This document shows positions 1-14,294 of a DNA stretch of 64,000 nucleotides, one piece after another. Both the position numbers and the translations under genes were made by a program. Location of the stretch: positions 615,863-679,862 of the forward strand of contig MNCI01000472.1 in assembly GCA_015680685.1 (NCBI GenBank), read 5' to 3'. Numbering within the stretch: the first letter of the stretch is position 1; every line of letters begins with the position of its first letter. This stretch comes from Gnetum montanum. Lineage: Eukaryota > Plantae > Gnetophyta. The notes below the pieces were generated by a model. It made no database searches. It was given only the letters and a program-made list of their open reading frames with translations, and was not told the origin of the DNA.

Positions 1-3000
1 TTAACTATAGGGACCTACATTCCTATGTCATGTATTAGTTGTAGAGATGAATACACCTATGATCTCCTACTCCCCGGATGATTCTTGAGATAGGAACCTC
101 ATTAATGCATCACATCGGGATCAATTCATAACTACCTCTCACGTGCCTCATCACTAACTGGCCCATACCCTCATGCTAGCACCATCCACCAACAATCATC
201 ATAAGCATCATTGTGAAAACATGTATTAATTCAAGCTCGCTTAAGCCATTACATGTCACAATCACAACATCTCTAAGGAAAACATATGATATAACCACAT
301 ATATCCAAGTCTAATAGTCACTCCACATTCTTATGAAGACAATACCATAGCATGGCATAACAAAATTTTTTATACTAGTATACATATTAGACTAAATATA
401 ATTCATAAAAATAACAACTAACACAACCTCCAAAAACGTAGATGTCAAAGGATAAAATATATTTCCTAATTGGAGAGTACATAAGAAGATGATCCCAATG
501 ATACCAATTTTGCCTTAATTGAACTTCTAGATATAAAGTTATATGCAACTAAATTTTATTAATAAAATAATAAATAATAATATTTGATTGCCACAAGTGA
601 TAATCAAAATCCCTAGAAGCACCCAAGCAAAAACATACTCATAATACATAATATTGAAGTTATGCTAATCACCATAATATCATACCTAATTTTCCACAAG
701 TCTAAAATCATTCTATTCATCACATAATTGATCATGCATAATGCCCAAACATAATTGCAAATCTTGGTAATCTGCAAAACTAGACATCCAAACTCAATCT
801 TTAACATATTCACCCCACACGCCCACATTACATGATCATATATAGGAATCCAATGCAAAAATATAAGGGCAAGATAAAGACAATCTACCAATTGAATTTG
901 TGGAAGTAAAAGGTCCAAAAAAAGCATAAAACCCTAAAATTTTGGCAAGACACTATTTCACTCCAAACAAGTTCTATACCCACATATACACAATCACAAC
1001 AATTTGAAATCCAAGTTTAAAGCAAAGAAAAAACTATCTCTAAATCCAAAATTCATAAGACATTGAAAAAATGGAAGAGAAGCAAGTTTGAAATCCAAGT
1101 TTAAAGCAAAGAAAAAACTATCTCTAAATCCAAAATTCATAAGACATGGAAAAAATGGAAGAGAAGCAAGTTCCGAATCAATTTATATTTTGTAGGAATA
1201 ATGGAAAAAAAAACCTGATACATAAAAAAAATAGCAAAGTAAATAAAGACAAAGAAGAAAAGAGTAAAATACTACACTTTTATACATACCATCACTTTTA
1301 TAATAGTAGAAATTTTATACATATTATATATATACTATGTTTTATATGTTTGCTTGCCTATTACACCACCACTATTACCTTTTTACATGTGATGCTTAAA
1401 TCATTTTTTGAGTTTAAAATATTTTTATTAAGCTCAATTTTCCTTTTTCTTTTCTAACTAATATATCAAATCTTCAAAGATATATAATAGATATACTAAA
1501 ACTTCAAATCAAAATCCATTTGAACCTACAATATCCTTTTCAAATATACTACATACTCACATACCAAAATCACATCCAAGCATTACAAAACATAGCACTA
1601 TAGTTCAAATGTGTAACATCCCATCTTATCGCTCAGTAATAACACAATGAAAACATGATAATCTAGAAGCTAACGATGCATGAAAATACATAAAGAATAA
1701 ACCACTATATACCTACATACATACATATGTATATATCATGGAAGATTAAACTGCACAAAAATTCATGTCAAATGAAAGATTAAGCATACATTTCAATTTA
1801 TAAAACTATATGTCTCTACATAAATCCAAAAGAATTTATACTACTCTCACAAGATGCAAAACATAAATATCATCATATACATAAGAGTACAGTGAGGGTC
1901 ATACAACTATGAAAAGTCCACAATACTGTACATGGAAATATATATCAACTAATCCTTGAAGATTTTTCTCTCCTCTACTCTCTCTCAGTGGTTGCTTTCA
2001 CCCTTTTAGCTTTCACCTACAACTAAATAAAATCACTATAAAACTAAGTGTGAAGCCTTTACACTTCCCTCGCAAGATGGTTAAGTGCTACATTGGAAAA
2101 GAGGAATGAAAGACAAGGCATCTTGCATTAACTATCAATCTTGCACATGCTATAAGAAACACATGCACATATAATACCATACATAGTACTAGCATAATCC
2201 CTAGTAGAGTAAACAAATTTCTAATATACAATCATAGATATAGTCACTGTTAAACATAAATAATCATATATCCATTGCACAACACTACATGTATTTTCAC
2301 TATTAGGTTCATGCACTCATACCCACATCATATCATCAAGCAACACATAGATTACACAATCATACATCAATCATATGATATCTTATCATCACTATGGTCC
2401 ACAAACTGATACCATCATATACACCTTACCCATGTGATCACTAGCATATCCACACTTAGCGTAGCATGTGAAATGTTATCATGAGTACTCATAATCAATA
2501 TTACTTGCAGGTCTTCTATTAATCTTTTATTTACCTGATTAATTCTAGGACTTATCAACTTGTAACCTGTAACCACTGGCCTTCTAGAGGACTAACTATA
2601 TGTATGTACACACTTATGCCATGTACTAACCATAGAGACAAACACACTTATGTTCTTCCACTCTCAAGATGAGGCCTGAGATAAGAGCTTCAATGATACA
2701 TCACAGTAGAGGTTAATCCATAACTACCTTTAAGGTGCCTCATCATCAACCAGTCACACCTTTATACTAGCATCATCTACTAATGATTTCTACATGTATC
2801 ATTTCAAAGACATGTGCAAATCCAAGTTAGCTTAAACCATCACATGTCACAAGCACAACATATTCGAAGAAAACATAACATAACCATATATATCCACACC
2901 TAACAGTCATACTCACTCCATGAAGACAATACCATAACATAACTTAATAAACTTTCATGCCACAACCATACTCCTTGAACTACATATAATTTTCTAAAAA

Positions 3001-4260
3001 TAACAACTTTTGTAACCTCCCAGATGATAGATGCCAAAAGAGAAAACAAATTCCATGAATAGAAAGTACGTCAAAAGGGAATTCCAATGATACTAATTTT
3101 ACCTTAATTAAACTCACAGAAAGAAAGTTAAATGTCTTTAAAATTTAATTAATAAAATAATGCATATTAATATTTAATTATAGCTAATGATAATTGAAAC
3201 TCCTAGAAAATATTGCATAAAAACGTGCTTATAAAACATAATATCCTAATCATGCTAGTCTCATCAATAACACATCTAATATATCGCAAGTCCACATCAT
3301 TTCATGCATCATATATTTTTTCAAAAATAATCCACATCCAAAACCATAAAATTTAGGGTAATTTGCAAAATAATACCTCCAAACTCAATCTTTAACTTCT
3401 CTGCCCCACATTGCCACATCGCATGATCATATACACTAATCCAGTACAAAAATATAGGGAAAAAGGTAAATATATCCCACCAATCAAAATTATTAAAGTT
3501 TAAAATCCAAAATAAGCACAAAATCCTTAGAAATATGCAAAACTCTATTTCACTCTAAATAAGTTTAGTACCCACATAGATACAATCACAAAAATCCTAA
3601 ATCCAAGTTCAAAGTAAGTAAAATCCTTCCACAAAGCTAAAATTTCAAAAAAAAAAGTGGAAAATGAAAGAAAATAGAAGAAACAGTGAAGAACATACTC
3701 AAACTTAGTTTCTGTTCATAGAAAACAAAAAAAAAAACTGCATGAAATAGAAAGAGGTAGTGGAAAAACAAAGCATGGTGAAGTTATTTTTATGTATATT
3801 TATAATGCATATAAGTTACTTTTTATGCATTGTCACTTATTTAATATAAGCTTTACTTTACTTTTTTTAATATCATTTTTTAAGTAACATTTTTTTTCTC
3901 TACCACTAATAACCTACATTTTAAACTTGCATAACAACCATGTTGGGAATGCTAACTGAAATCTATTTGAATCTACGAGAGCCATATCAAACACACTACA
4001 CATCCATATGCTAAAATCACGTCTAAGCATAACATAACATAGTAATACAATTCAAATGCATAAATACTGAGATCACATATAAAGCATAAATACATACCAA
4101 ATAGTTGTTCTTTTACCCTAATTCAATATCTTGGTTAGTCACATCACCTGTCTAACACATCGTACAAGACTAGTATGTATAATCATGTTAGGTAAGCATA
4201 TAAAGACATCATAATTATATCATAAGAGGCAGAGCATCATAACATATAAATTGCCATCAC
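1..4260. mobile_element. Two diverged copies of an LTR-like repeat (about 1-1611 and 1612-4260)
   Basis: 1-1610 aligns by eye with about 2590-4060; the second copy begins TGTAACATCC at 1612, a typical gypsy LTR terminus; AT-rich, CG-depleted, no coding capacity. Confidence 0.55.
1003..1172. repeat. Near-perfect tandem duplication, period 84 bp
   Basis: tttgaaatccaagtttaaagcaaag...gagaagcaagtt occurs at 1003 and at 1087. Confidence 0.9.
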
Positions 4261-4285
4261 AATAAGCAAACTCATCCTTGATAAC

Positions 4286-5057
4286 TGATGAGTGGCAAGG
4301 TACCCCTACACTCAACCATACGAATACAAGTGCTTCACGCATGATCCAGTTGAACTTTGCAGACGGGCTAGTTGTGGTATCTAGATAGTTACTCGCAAAT
4401 CGTAGTTTGTTGTCTTCCCACTTAGACTAGTATTAGTTTTGTCACGTATGGTTTAGTCGAGAGTGAGGTGTATGATGTGTTCTTACACTAATGCTACTCC
4501 TGGGTATGATGGTAAATAAGGTTAACTAAGCTAGGAGAGAGAGAGGGTGAGAGAGAACCTCGTGCATGACTACCACTGGGATTACCAAGCACATGGCCCA
4601 AGTACGCTACTGGGTTACCAAGTAGTCACACTCGAATGCTCATGATTAAGTCATACTCATTCTGCATTACTAGGAGATAAGGGTGAAGAGACATTAACTT
4701 AGAAAGCAGTAAATAATAATAAAAATTAAATAATTAAACCAAGTGAATGTTGCAATGATGAAGTAATCTCGATCTTTATTTCTGGTCATGTACATGTCCA
4801 AGTACGTCACACTCGAATAAAGGATGTCGTACAATTACAATCGTTACACTACATGCATGCACTAAGAAATAATTCTAACTCTAAGAAGGAGAAACTGCAA
4901 GAGTTTGGATAAGGGACTAAGAACTAATGCCAAAACCAAGTGTGTCACCTTTTATTTATAGGCTCACACGGGAACCGCGACATCGCATCCAGGCTACGAT
5001 ATCGTGACTACTATATTGGGGGTCTAATAACAGGACCTGACAGACCATGACTCATCA
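4286..5057 (-). repeat. 3' LTR of element 1
   Basis: TG...CA termini; direct repeat of 9103-9926. Confidence 0.95.
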
Positions 5058-8000
5058 TACCCCCATGACTGAATAACAACTCATCCTCAAGTCAAAGAAA
5101 GTGAGGAACAAGTTCAATTGATTACACAGTGGATAGCTATGGGATTATTGACTGACTAAGAATTTATTTATGCTACAATGGAGAATTAAATAAAATTTGG
5201 ACACAAACACAAAAGATAAAACTTGTGGAACTCATGGGGTTCCCAGTAGTGGTGGCTCCTCTATGGGTGCCTCTCCTTTGTCTTGCATGATCAAGGTTCT
5301 GAGATTGATACCGTTGAAGAAGCGCTTGATGTTTCTCCTCTTCTATCCAAGGATTATAAGTCGTCCATGCTGATGTTCGTTATGCCACAAATAGTTGTCA
5401 TTCCTCTTCATAGGCTTGGGCCCTGACGTCTCCACCTTTTACTTGCATAGATTATGCAGTAACAGGAGTTCCATGATGGGTGCTGAGTGATTGTGCATCC
5501 TGCTCTGTATGTTCTACATGAATTCCTTGGCCTCTGCCTCCCCCTGGTCGTTCGATTGCACCTTGAGAAGGTCATCCTTGTTGTCTTCTTTTAGGGGCCA
5601 TCTATAATCACACAAAGATCAATTGTTAGTAAGGTTATTGAAAAAATTTCAATGATTTCATACCTTACTCATTGCCTTTAATAAATGTTGAATTCTTTAC
5701 TTAGTGTGATTTTAGAGTTAGAAAATTTTTTTCAAGGAAGTTGCCCCAAAATTTTAATGTCAGACTTGGTTTGTTTAGGTGATACATAAAAGGACCTGGT
5801 TTTGAGGAATGTTTGATAAAATGATGATAAAGGAAAGAATAGATTTGGCAATGAAGTACTCAGAGGGTATAAGATGATGTGGTGGTATGCAATGAGTACA
5901 AAGTGCAAAAGTCACGTATGTGGGTCCTCCCCAAAGCAGGTTCCAACCTATAATGCCCTTGTGTAACCATACCTTAAAATGTCCGTAGGCACTAGAAGGG
6001 TTAAATGTAATCCATACTAGTTTCACAAAACACACACATGTAGATACCATGGAATGAGGTAAGAATTCTATGCTATACGAGACATGAGCTACATTTACAT
6101 GAATAGCGAGATGAGACGGACTATAGAAGGGATTGTAGAGATTGAGACATAAGGTAACTGCCCCAGGGCATAGTGAATCCTACATGTAAAGCATGATTAA
6201 TGTGTCATTAACCCATCATTCCAAGATCAGGACCAAGTCCATTTCTCTGATCAGCGACACCGCATTGTTTCATCCCATGATGAGCGACTATGAGAGTACC
6301 ATAACAACAATGCATACGATCACTTGGCATTTTGTTCAAGGGAGGAGTGATTTTTTGCTTTGTGGCACTTTCTTTGTTTTTTTTTTCTTCTTTCTCTTTT
6401 TTTATTTTTGACTGTTGAATCTAGAGAAGCCACCAACCTTCAGGCATGGGTGCATGTCTTTCTAGTGGGACCCCCTAGAACAGCATTGGATTTTTGAGTG
6501 CCTTTTGATTACTCTTACTCCCATTTTGTGTTAGATCTACAAGGATCTTAGTACAAACACATTGCCTGATAACTCCCACAAATGTCACCAAAGAGAATCT
6601 GCAAGTCCCCTTGATGTCACACCCTAATCATTCCCTCTTGGTCCATCCTTCTTCATTCTGGGTACAATGAACACAAAATTAATTTTAAGTTTCAAGAATG
6701 TCAAGAATATCATTTTACCCTCGAACAAAACCTCTTATTTGTAGAATGGATGAGTGGGTGTAATGGGCTCACTGTCCAAATAATTGATCACTTGAGACTC
6801 GATAACATAGAACACACCTCAACCAACAAGCCACGAGTGTTTTATTTGTAGATGAGATTACTTGTAAAAAGATAAAAAGACAAAAATATAAAATAAGAAA
6901 TTAAAAGATGAAAAACTGGAAAAAAAATGTAAAATTAAAGAAAATGAAAAATATTAATTAATCTTGCTTGTTATTAAAATGGAGGATATCCCCCATAACT
7001 AAACGGTTGAGCATGGCAAGGATTAATAAATGAAAGATGAGGGTCCTTGCATGTTGGAAACATTGAAACTTGGTCATACCTACCCCATTGGGGTTCACAC
7101 ACTTGATTATAGTAAGCATAGTGGGGTAATTTATGAGATGTAGTTCCCGGATAAAGAGTTGACCCACTATGATACTTGGGACCATAAGATGGTATGCAAG
7201 GATCAGGATGTCACTCTCCATGGTTGTATTCATTGGGTCATATGGCTGTTGGACTGTTAATTGGTCGCCTTGATGAAGTGACATGAGGCATTGGGTTCGA
7301 AGAGAAGGATGCACCACAATGTTGGACTTGTGCTAAGTTGGAGAATGCAGTGGCCTCGAAACTATGTTGTCCCTTCCTACGATCATGTCTAAAGAAGGGA
7401 TGTCTTTGACATTGAGGAGGTCTCTCACTGCAATTGGAAATAGTAGCACAAGTAACATTCATGGGTTGTTGCTATGGTGTAGACACTTTAGGAACAGTTG
7501 GTGGCGATGTAGAAGGAGGGAAAGGATGAGAACATTGAAAATTAGGAGAAGTGTAAGGTACACAAGGCGGTGGTTATGCTGAGGACATGGGTTGATAGTA
7601 CCGAGGAGAATCATAATGTGGTGAGATAGAGTATGTTCACCCAGTTGGGGAAATAGGATGTTGGACTAGATAAGCATTTGGATTCGGATGATATGAAGGG
7701 TGTCTCCAGTTTAGAGATGGCTACCCCCACGACTAGGATTGTTGCCACTGTGATCAAACACAGTATCTCTATACAAACTCTGGGTGTAATGTGTTTTCCC
7801 AATGCTCATATAAATGTAACAAGATTGGGCATTGGCCCTTGGGGTGATTGTACAAGCAAATTTTGCATTCATACGTATGATTGGCAGTTGAGCTCTTATC
7901 TTCCTCATCCATTCTTTTCAATTGTCTAGTGATACTTTGTCCTGCTTCTCAGGTTGTCAAAACTCTATCTCCAATAATATTGATATATTCTCCACACTTT

Positions 8001-8099
8001 TTATGCACCCATTCTAGCATCTTATTGATCTTTGCCTTGATTTCTTCTAATGACTGTTGTACTGGAAAAGGTGGTTCTTCCTCCTTGAGATAGGTCGAT

Positions 8100-8961
8100 T
8101 TCTCCTTTTTGTGATTATAAACCTATTTTAAGTTGAGACCTTGGTCCTATTGATGTTTTTCAACACTCTCCCATCTAGCCATTTCCCCTTCTTCTTTTGC
8201 TACTCGCTTAATAAGCTCTTGGAATTGATGGGTTCTTAGTTTGTATAGTTGACCTTGGGCATACATCCCTAGGGTCTCTCTTGTTTCATCATGAAGCCCA
8301 TCAATGATATGGTACACTAGCCTTTCTTCAGAGAACTCATGTCCTAGACAGTTGTTTAACAATGCATAATATCTTTCTCTAAGGCCATGTCCAAGGGTTC
8401 ATGTTGTGCTTGTTTCCACTGTTGGATTTGTTTCCTCAATGCTAACACTCTTGCATAGGTTTGATATCTTTCGTCAACGAGTTATACCATTGTTGGCCAA
8501 TGTCGTATTGAATTTTGTTTTAACAATCTATACCATACTTTTTCTTGGCCAACGAGTGTCATAGGAAAGAGCTTGAGTTTTTGCCAACCATTATCAATGT
8601 TGTTCCATGCACAAGCATCGTAGAAGGCTTGTAAATGTTGTTGCGGATCTAAGTCATAGCCTCCTGAGAAATTGGGGAAGTTGTTTAAATCAAGCCTGGG
8701 TAGGCGGCTCTCTTTACGATGCCTACGGGAGATTTGAACAGCCTCTTGTATTTGCGTTAGGCTTGTAGTGGCTAGTAGGGATTCATCATCGTCAAGTAAA
8801 TTGTGCTTTTGTGCATTGGGATGATGTTGCTTTCGTTTATGTTTATAAGAAACCTCCACCTCGGGTTTCGTACTCCAATCTTCATTGTCATATAATTCGT
8901 TGGTTCTCCAATGAATTTCCTCACTAGATGTGGCATTGTCATAGTCTTGTAGGAGAGGCAT
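8100..8961 (-). pseudogene. Degenerate retrotransposon gag (element 1)
   Basis: FSGGYDLDPQQHLQAFYDAC...KLKLFPMTLVGQEKVWY...SIRHW, a Retrotrans_gag signature; has stops and frameshifts. Confidence 0.85.
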
Positions 8962-9083
8962 GATTGTAAAATCATGTGTGACTTTGTATGTAACATTTTG
9001 TAATTATTTCTTCCTAAAAGATATATCGTTAATTCCTATACAGTGACCTTGTATGATATAACTAATCTAGATAACTAGCACCG

Positions 9084-9101
9084 TCCCTAGCAACAGCACC
9101 A
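9084..9101 (-). other. Primer binding site (tRNA-Asp type, Athila-like)
   Basis: TGGTGCTGTTGCTAGGGA versus the Athila-type TGGCGCCGTTGCCGGGGA; differences are transitions. Confidence 0.8.
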
Positions 9102-9102
9102 A

Positions 9103-9926
9103 TGATGAGTGGCAAGGTACCCCTACACTCAACCATATGAATACGAGTGTTTCACGCACGATCTGGTAGAACTCCGCAAACGGGCTAGTTGTGGTATCTA
9201 GACAGTTACTCACAGATTGCAATTCAATGTCTTCCCACCTGGACTAGTATAGTTTTATCACGTATGGTTTAGTCTAGAGTGAGGTGTATGATGTGTTCCT
9301 ACACTAATGCTACTCCTAGGTATGATGGTAAATAATGTTAACTAAGCTAAGAGAGAGAGAGGGTGAGAGAGAATCTAACTAGCCTAAGTGTGATGAGCAT
9401 CTGTTCCTTAATCATTTGTACACATCTTGGACCTCGTGCACGACTACCACTGGGATTACCAAGCACATGGTCTAAGTACGCTACTGGGTTACCAAGTAGT
9501 CACACTTGAATGCTCGTGATTAAGTCATATCCATTCCGCGTTACTAGGAGATAAGGGTGAAGAGACATTAACTAAGAAAGTAGTAAATAATAATAAAAAT
9601 TAAATAATTAAACTAAGTGAATGCTGCAATGATGAAGTAATCTCGATTTTTATTTCTGATCATGTGCATGTCCAAGTATGTCACACTTGAATAAAGGATG
9701 TCGTACAATTACAATCATCACACTGCATGCATGCACTAAGAAATAATTCTAACTCTAAGAAGGAGAAACTACAAGAGTTTGGATAAGGAACTAAGAACTA
9801 ATGCCAAAACCAAGTGCACCACCTTTTATTTATAGGCTCACACGGGAACCATGATATCGCATACGCGATATCACAGCTGCGATATCAAGGGTCCAATAAC
9901 AAGACCTGACAGACCATGACTCATCA
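9103..9926 (-). repeat. 5' LTR of element 1
   Basis: TG...CA termini; PBS adjacent. Confidence 0.95.
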
Positions 9927-10306
9927 ATAACCCACCGAGATTATACATGTATATAAATTATAATCATAATATAATACCCAAGGCCTATAGAACAAGCATA
10001 ATAGACATTTTTAATGGTCATCATCAACTTATGGATAAAAATTTTCACAACTTCTGGACAATGAGAAATATTTTTGCAATCTACCATAGTACACTCTCCC
10101 CCTTGGTCAAATATGTGATGCATTAATAATGAGATGTTAACCTGGTGGTATGGGTCTTAGTCTGGTAGGGTTACAAGTTCAAGTCTACTAGGTTTCAATG
10201 AGTTATAAACCTCTATAAATCTTGTGATGTACCTATGTTTCACTTATTTTAGGTTCCAACACACCTCATCCCTCTTTCCTTCACCACCCCACCATCCCCC
10301 CCACCC

Positions 10307-10970
10307 NNNNNNNNNNNNNNNNNNNNNNNNNNNNNNNNNNNNNNNNNNNNNNNNNNNNNNNNNNNNNNNNNNNNNNNNNNNNNNNNNNNNNNNNNNNNNN
10401 NNNNNNNNNNNNNNNNNNNNNNNNNNNNNNNNNNNNNNNNNNNNNNNNNNNNNNNNNNNNNNNNNNNNNNNNNNNNNNNNNNNNNNNNNNNNNNNNNNNN
10501 NNNNNNNNNNNNNNNNNNNNNNNNNNNNNNNNNNNNNNNNNNNNNNNNNNNNNNNNNNNNNNNNNNNNNNNNNNNNNNNNNNNNNNNNNNNNNNNNNNNN
10601 NNNNNNNNNNNNNNNNNNNNNNNNNNNNNNNNNNNNNNNNNNNNNNNNNNNNNNNNNNNNNNNNNNNNNNNNNNNNNNNNNNNNNNNNNNNNNNNNNNNN
10701 NNNNNNNNNNNNNNNNNNNNNNNNNNNNNNNNNNNNNNNNNNNNNNNNNNNNNNNNNNNNNNNNNNNNNNNNNNNNNNNNNNNNNNNNNNNNNNNNNNNN
10801 NNNNNNNNNNNNNNNNNNNNNNNNNNNNNNNNNNNNNNNNNNNNNNNNNNNNNNNNNNNNNNNNNNNNNNNNNNNNNNNNNNNNNNNNNNNNNNNNNNNN
10901 NNNNNNNNNNNNNNNNNNNNNNNNNNNNNNNNNNNNNNNNNNNNNNNNNNNNNNNNNNNNNNNNNNNNNN
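10307..10970. other. Assembly gap (N run)
   Basis: About 660 Ns. Confidence 1.
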
Positions 10971-11369
10971 TTGCTTAGATTTTACAATAAGATTGTGGGT
11001 CTTTCCTAACCTTGTTCCAAAACATCTTTTTCATTTATCAAAGCTACATAACATTGATTTTGCTTATGGAAACCTAAAATTATTATCTCTACTCGGTATT
11101 TCAACATGAAAATATAAGAACAATTCATTTTATTAGATTGAAGAGATAAATCAAATAATCTCTATTAGCTCTATATACCCATGTTCCACTAATGGATAGA
11201 TCTCAAAGTCTAGGGGTTGAAGAAAGTACATCATCCATGCATTCCAATAGTTGTAGCTAGCTTCATTGAAATATAGAGGCTTATGCACAAATTCAGCACC
11301 TAAAATAGACATCACAAAAGAAACACAAACTCCTCTTGATGGGTGTTAATCTGTAGATCAAGAGATTTT

Positions 11370-12430
11370 GCTCTGATTTAACTTGTGAATAAAATAGCTA
11401 CACCACAGAGGGAGGTGAATAGGGTAAGCATTCTAAATAATAAATCTATTTTGAACAACAATTACCATGAACTTTCAAAATTAATATACATGCAATGAAC
11501 TATAAGCAAAGAGTATAAATAAAACAAGGAAAGAACACACCAAATTTTAACATGATTAGGCTTGGTCTAATTCACTCATAGGAGTGTAATCATCTTCTCT
11601 TCCCCTGGTTCCATTCTCTTACTAGCAAAGTATTCAATGTTGGTTTAAAGATTTTTTGTTCTCCTAGTACAACATTGGTTTCTAGGTTACTAGTCTTCTA
11701 AAATCTAACAACAATGGTGGATCCTCACCTACTCACAAAGATTAGGAAATTTACAAGTAGCTAGATGAATCACTTAGATCTTAACAAATCAAATACATTC
11801 ATGTGAAGTACATGGAACAAGAAGAGGAAATATGCATAGGATAATTATAGGAATTAAGAACATACACTAGATCCAAGATGGATTAGTAAATCCTCTTCAT
11901 TAAATAGAATTGAATCTTCACTAACCACAAGCCCTTCCTCTTGTCTTTAGCCTAATCTATGTTAGAGCAAGGTATTGTGGATACCTTTTTATTGACATGC
12001 AACTCAAACGGTTACAAAATGCCTAAAAGGAAACTTTCTATCTTACATATTTTTGCATGCAACTCACGATCAGTTAATTTTAAATGGGTTTGCTTAACCT
12101 ATCAATAATGTAGTCAATTGTAGGACTACATCATTAACCATTGAACAACTCTATAATTGGAATTGGGTCGAATAACCCATGTTTGGTTTGAGTGCCCAAA
12201 CAACTAATCATTTTTGTCTATAATTGAGCGATCCTATTCCTGGTCTGGTTGACCTTAAGATCCTTGGGTCAACCTGAAAAGTGCACATCTTCTTTATTCT
12301 TGTGAAACAACAATTGGGCAACCAAGCCTATCTCAGGTTGATCCAATGAGTGATAATTTTTGTCCAAGGCCTAAAAGCATGTAAAAACAAGCCAACCAAT
12401 TTGTCATTCCAAATCTCTCTTTGACTAATA
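11370..12430 (-). mobile_element. Degenerate Ty1/copia-like LTR remnant
   Basis: gctctgat (reverse complement of a tRNA-Met PBS remnant) followed by a gagggaggtgaatag LTR-end motif. Confidence 0.4.
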
Positions 12431-12439
12431 ATACCTTTA

Positions 12440-13190
12440 GGCATGGGTAACGTATCTTTCCTGTCACATGATGAAACTAGTCTAAGAGACCATTAGATTC
12501 TTTGAAGTGGCCTACCTTTAAGCATGGATAACATGTCTTTTTAGTATCATAATAAGGAAACAACTATTATTTCAAAAACATGCTTTCATTTGAATAAAGA
12601 TTTGAGTAATGATATGACCATGTGGAGGACTAGGACTCATAGAAGAAGTCCAAAGAATCAACAAATTGCCTTGATATCACACTCTTTTCTTCAACTCTTG
12701 GTTCTTCCCCTTTTCCTCAAGGCATAAAGATTATGAGTTAATTTTAGGTTTGAGTAATAATAATTAAATTATCCCTATGGCAAGAACCTCTTATTATTGG
12801 AAATGGGGGAAATGGATGATGTGGTCTCATTGTTTATGTAATTGGTCTTTCAATAATCCCATAACAGAGGGTTAAATTCTCCCTATATAGGCAACATCTT
12901 GCTTATTATTGAGATACTTATTGGTAAAAATGACAAGGATATATAAAATTTAGAATTACAATATTCAAAGAAAAACAAGGATCATAAAGAATAGAAGATA
13001 TAAAAAATAGAAAAATGTATGAAAAAATAGGAAAAAGTATTTAGAAATTATAAAAAATAAGAAAGGAAAAACAAAAGGAACTCACAAGACCTAAGAGTTA
13101 CAAGTAACTCCTTCATGACCATTGTAGAAGGAGGAAACATAGAAGATTGAATGGTGTTTATCCTTAGTGAAGGTAATGGTGGACTCTTCA
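12440..13190 (-). mobile_element. Remnant of internal non-coding region of the same Athila-like family
   Basis: Shares motifs (acctt-aggcatggg; caaagaatc-caaat-ccttgatatcac; agaacctcttatt) with 6430-6800 and 47310-47700. Confidence 0.6.
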
Positions 13191-14079
13191 GGTGGTTGGA
13201 AGTTATTGAATGGTTCAACCTATTGGATGTTAACAAGAATAAGTTTATTGTGGGCTATCAAAGTAATATATTTGCCTAGTGCTAGATTGATATGTAGCAT
13301 GAACAATATAAGGTCCCTCCAATAATGTTTGAAACTTGCTTTATTGTGTCACATGGTTTGGGCAGTAATATAGGACTCTATCTCTTGGTTGAATATAAAC
13401 GTATTAAATCTTGGCATCATGTCAATATTTAGCACACCTATATATCTTGAACATTTGAGCTACTAATCATTTTTTGTCCAATCGGTTAAGGTTCATTAAG
13501 TGTTCTTTTTGGGTGAAATCTACATGTATATCTAGGAAAGAGGTAGTCCTTAGGATATGAATTTCTACTTGAATTTATATTTATTTGTCTCTTCAATCCC
13601 ATTAAAAATATTATTTGATAAAGATTATTTTGCAATATGGAAATATGGCAATTAGGGCAACAATTTAGTCTTGCTCAATAAATACTTGATATCAAAGTTT
13701 CAATAAATTTGATTTCTAAGATTATTGTTTCATATGGTTCTATTCTTGGCTGACCAACTATTTATTTAAGAAAGTTTACTAATCTACACCATCTAATTTT
13801 TTATTTTTTAAAACCATGGATATTCTGTAATTGTTAATGATATTGTGAACATATTTGAAGATGGTATCTTAGGTGCTATATTGTTCTTGTATTTTAATTT
13901 GCAATTTGTCTTGTTCAGAAATAATATATTTTCCTACATTTTGGTTCTCCATATGACTAATTATATTTGGTTGTGCACAAGTAGATTTGTTAAGTTGATT
14001 TGCTTGTTGTTAAGATAGAAGGCAATAAATATATTCTCATGTTTAGTTGTTTTGACATTTATATTACAAATCAAGTGCA

Positions 14080-14128
14080 TAGTCGACCCCATGTAGTTGG
14101 GATAAAGCTAGGATTATGATGGTGATTG
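14080..14128 (+). mobile_element. RTE-clade LINE 3' tail fragment
   Basis: gaccccatgtagttgggataaagctagg plus (GAT)-like tail; reverse copy at about 52890. Confidence 0.6.
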
Positions 14129-14294
14129 CACTTTACATGCATAATGAATACTAAGAAATGTCAATCAACATATTGGCAATCTTTTAGAACTATATCCTTG
14201 CATCACTATTTGCATTAGATAATTTTCTATATTTATCTAATATTGGCGCACTATATCCTTGCATTAGAACTATATCCTTGCATCACTATTTTCT

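Larger units (their letters stand above)
4286..9926 (-). mobile_element. Complete non-autonomous Athila-like Ty3/gypsy LTR retrotransposon (element 1)
   Basis: LTRs 4286-5057 and 9103-9926 (TGATGAG...CTCATCA); TSD ATAAC at 4281-4285 and 9927-9931; PBS at 9084-9101; purine tract beside the 3' LTR; degenerate gag, no pol seen. Confidence 0.95.

Noticed and set aside
10224-11009. 261-aa ORF
   Set aside because: Made almost entirely of an N gap.
14184-14292. Repeated tagaactatatccttgcatcactattt as the TSD of copy A
   Set aside because: Both copies lie on the same side of the LINE; it is a local tandem duplication.
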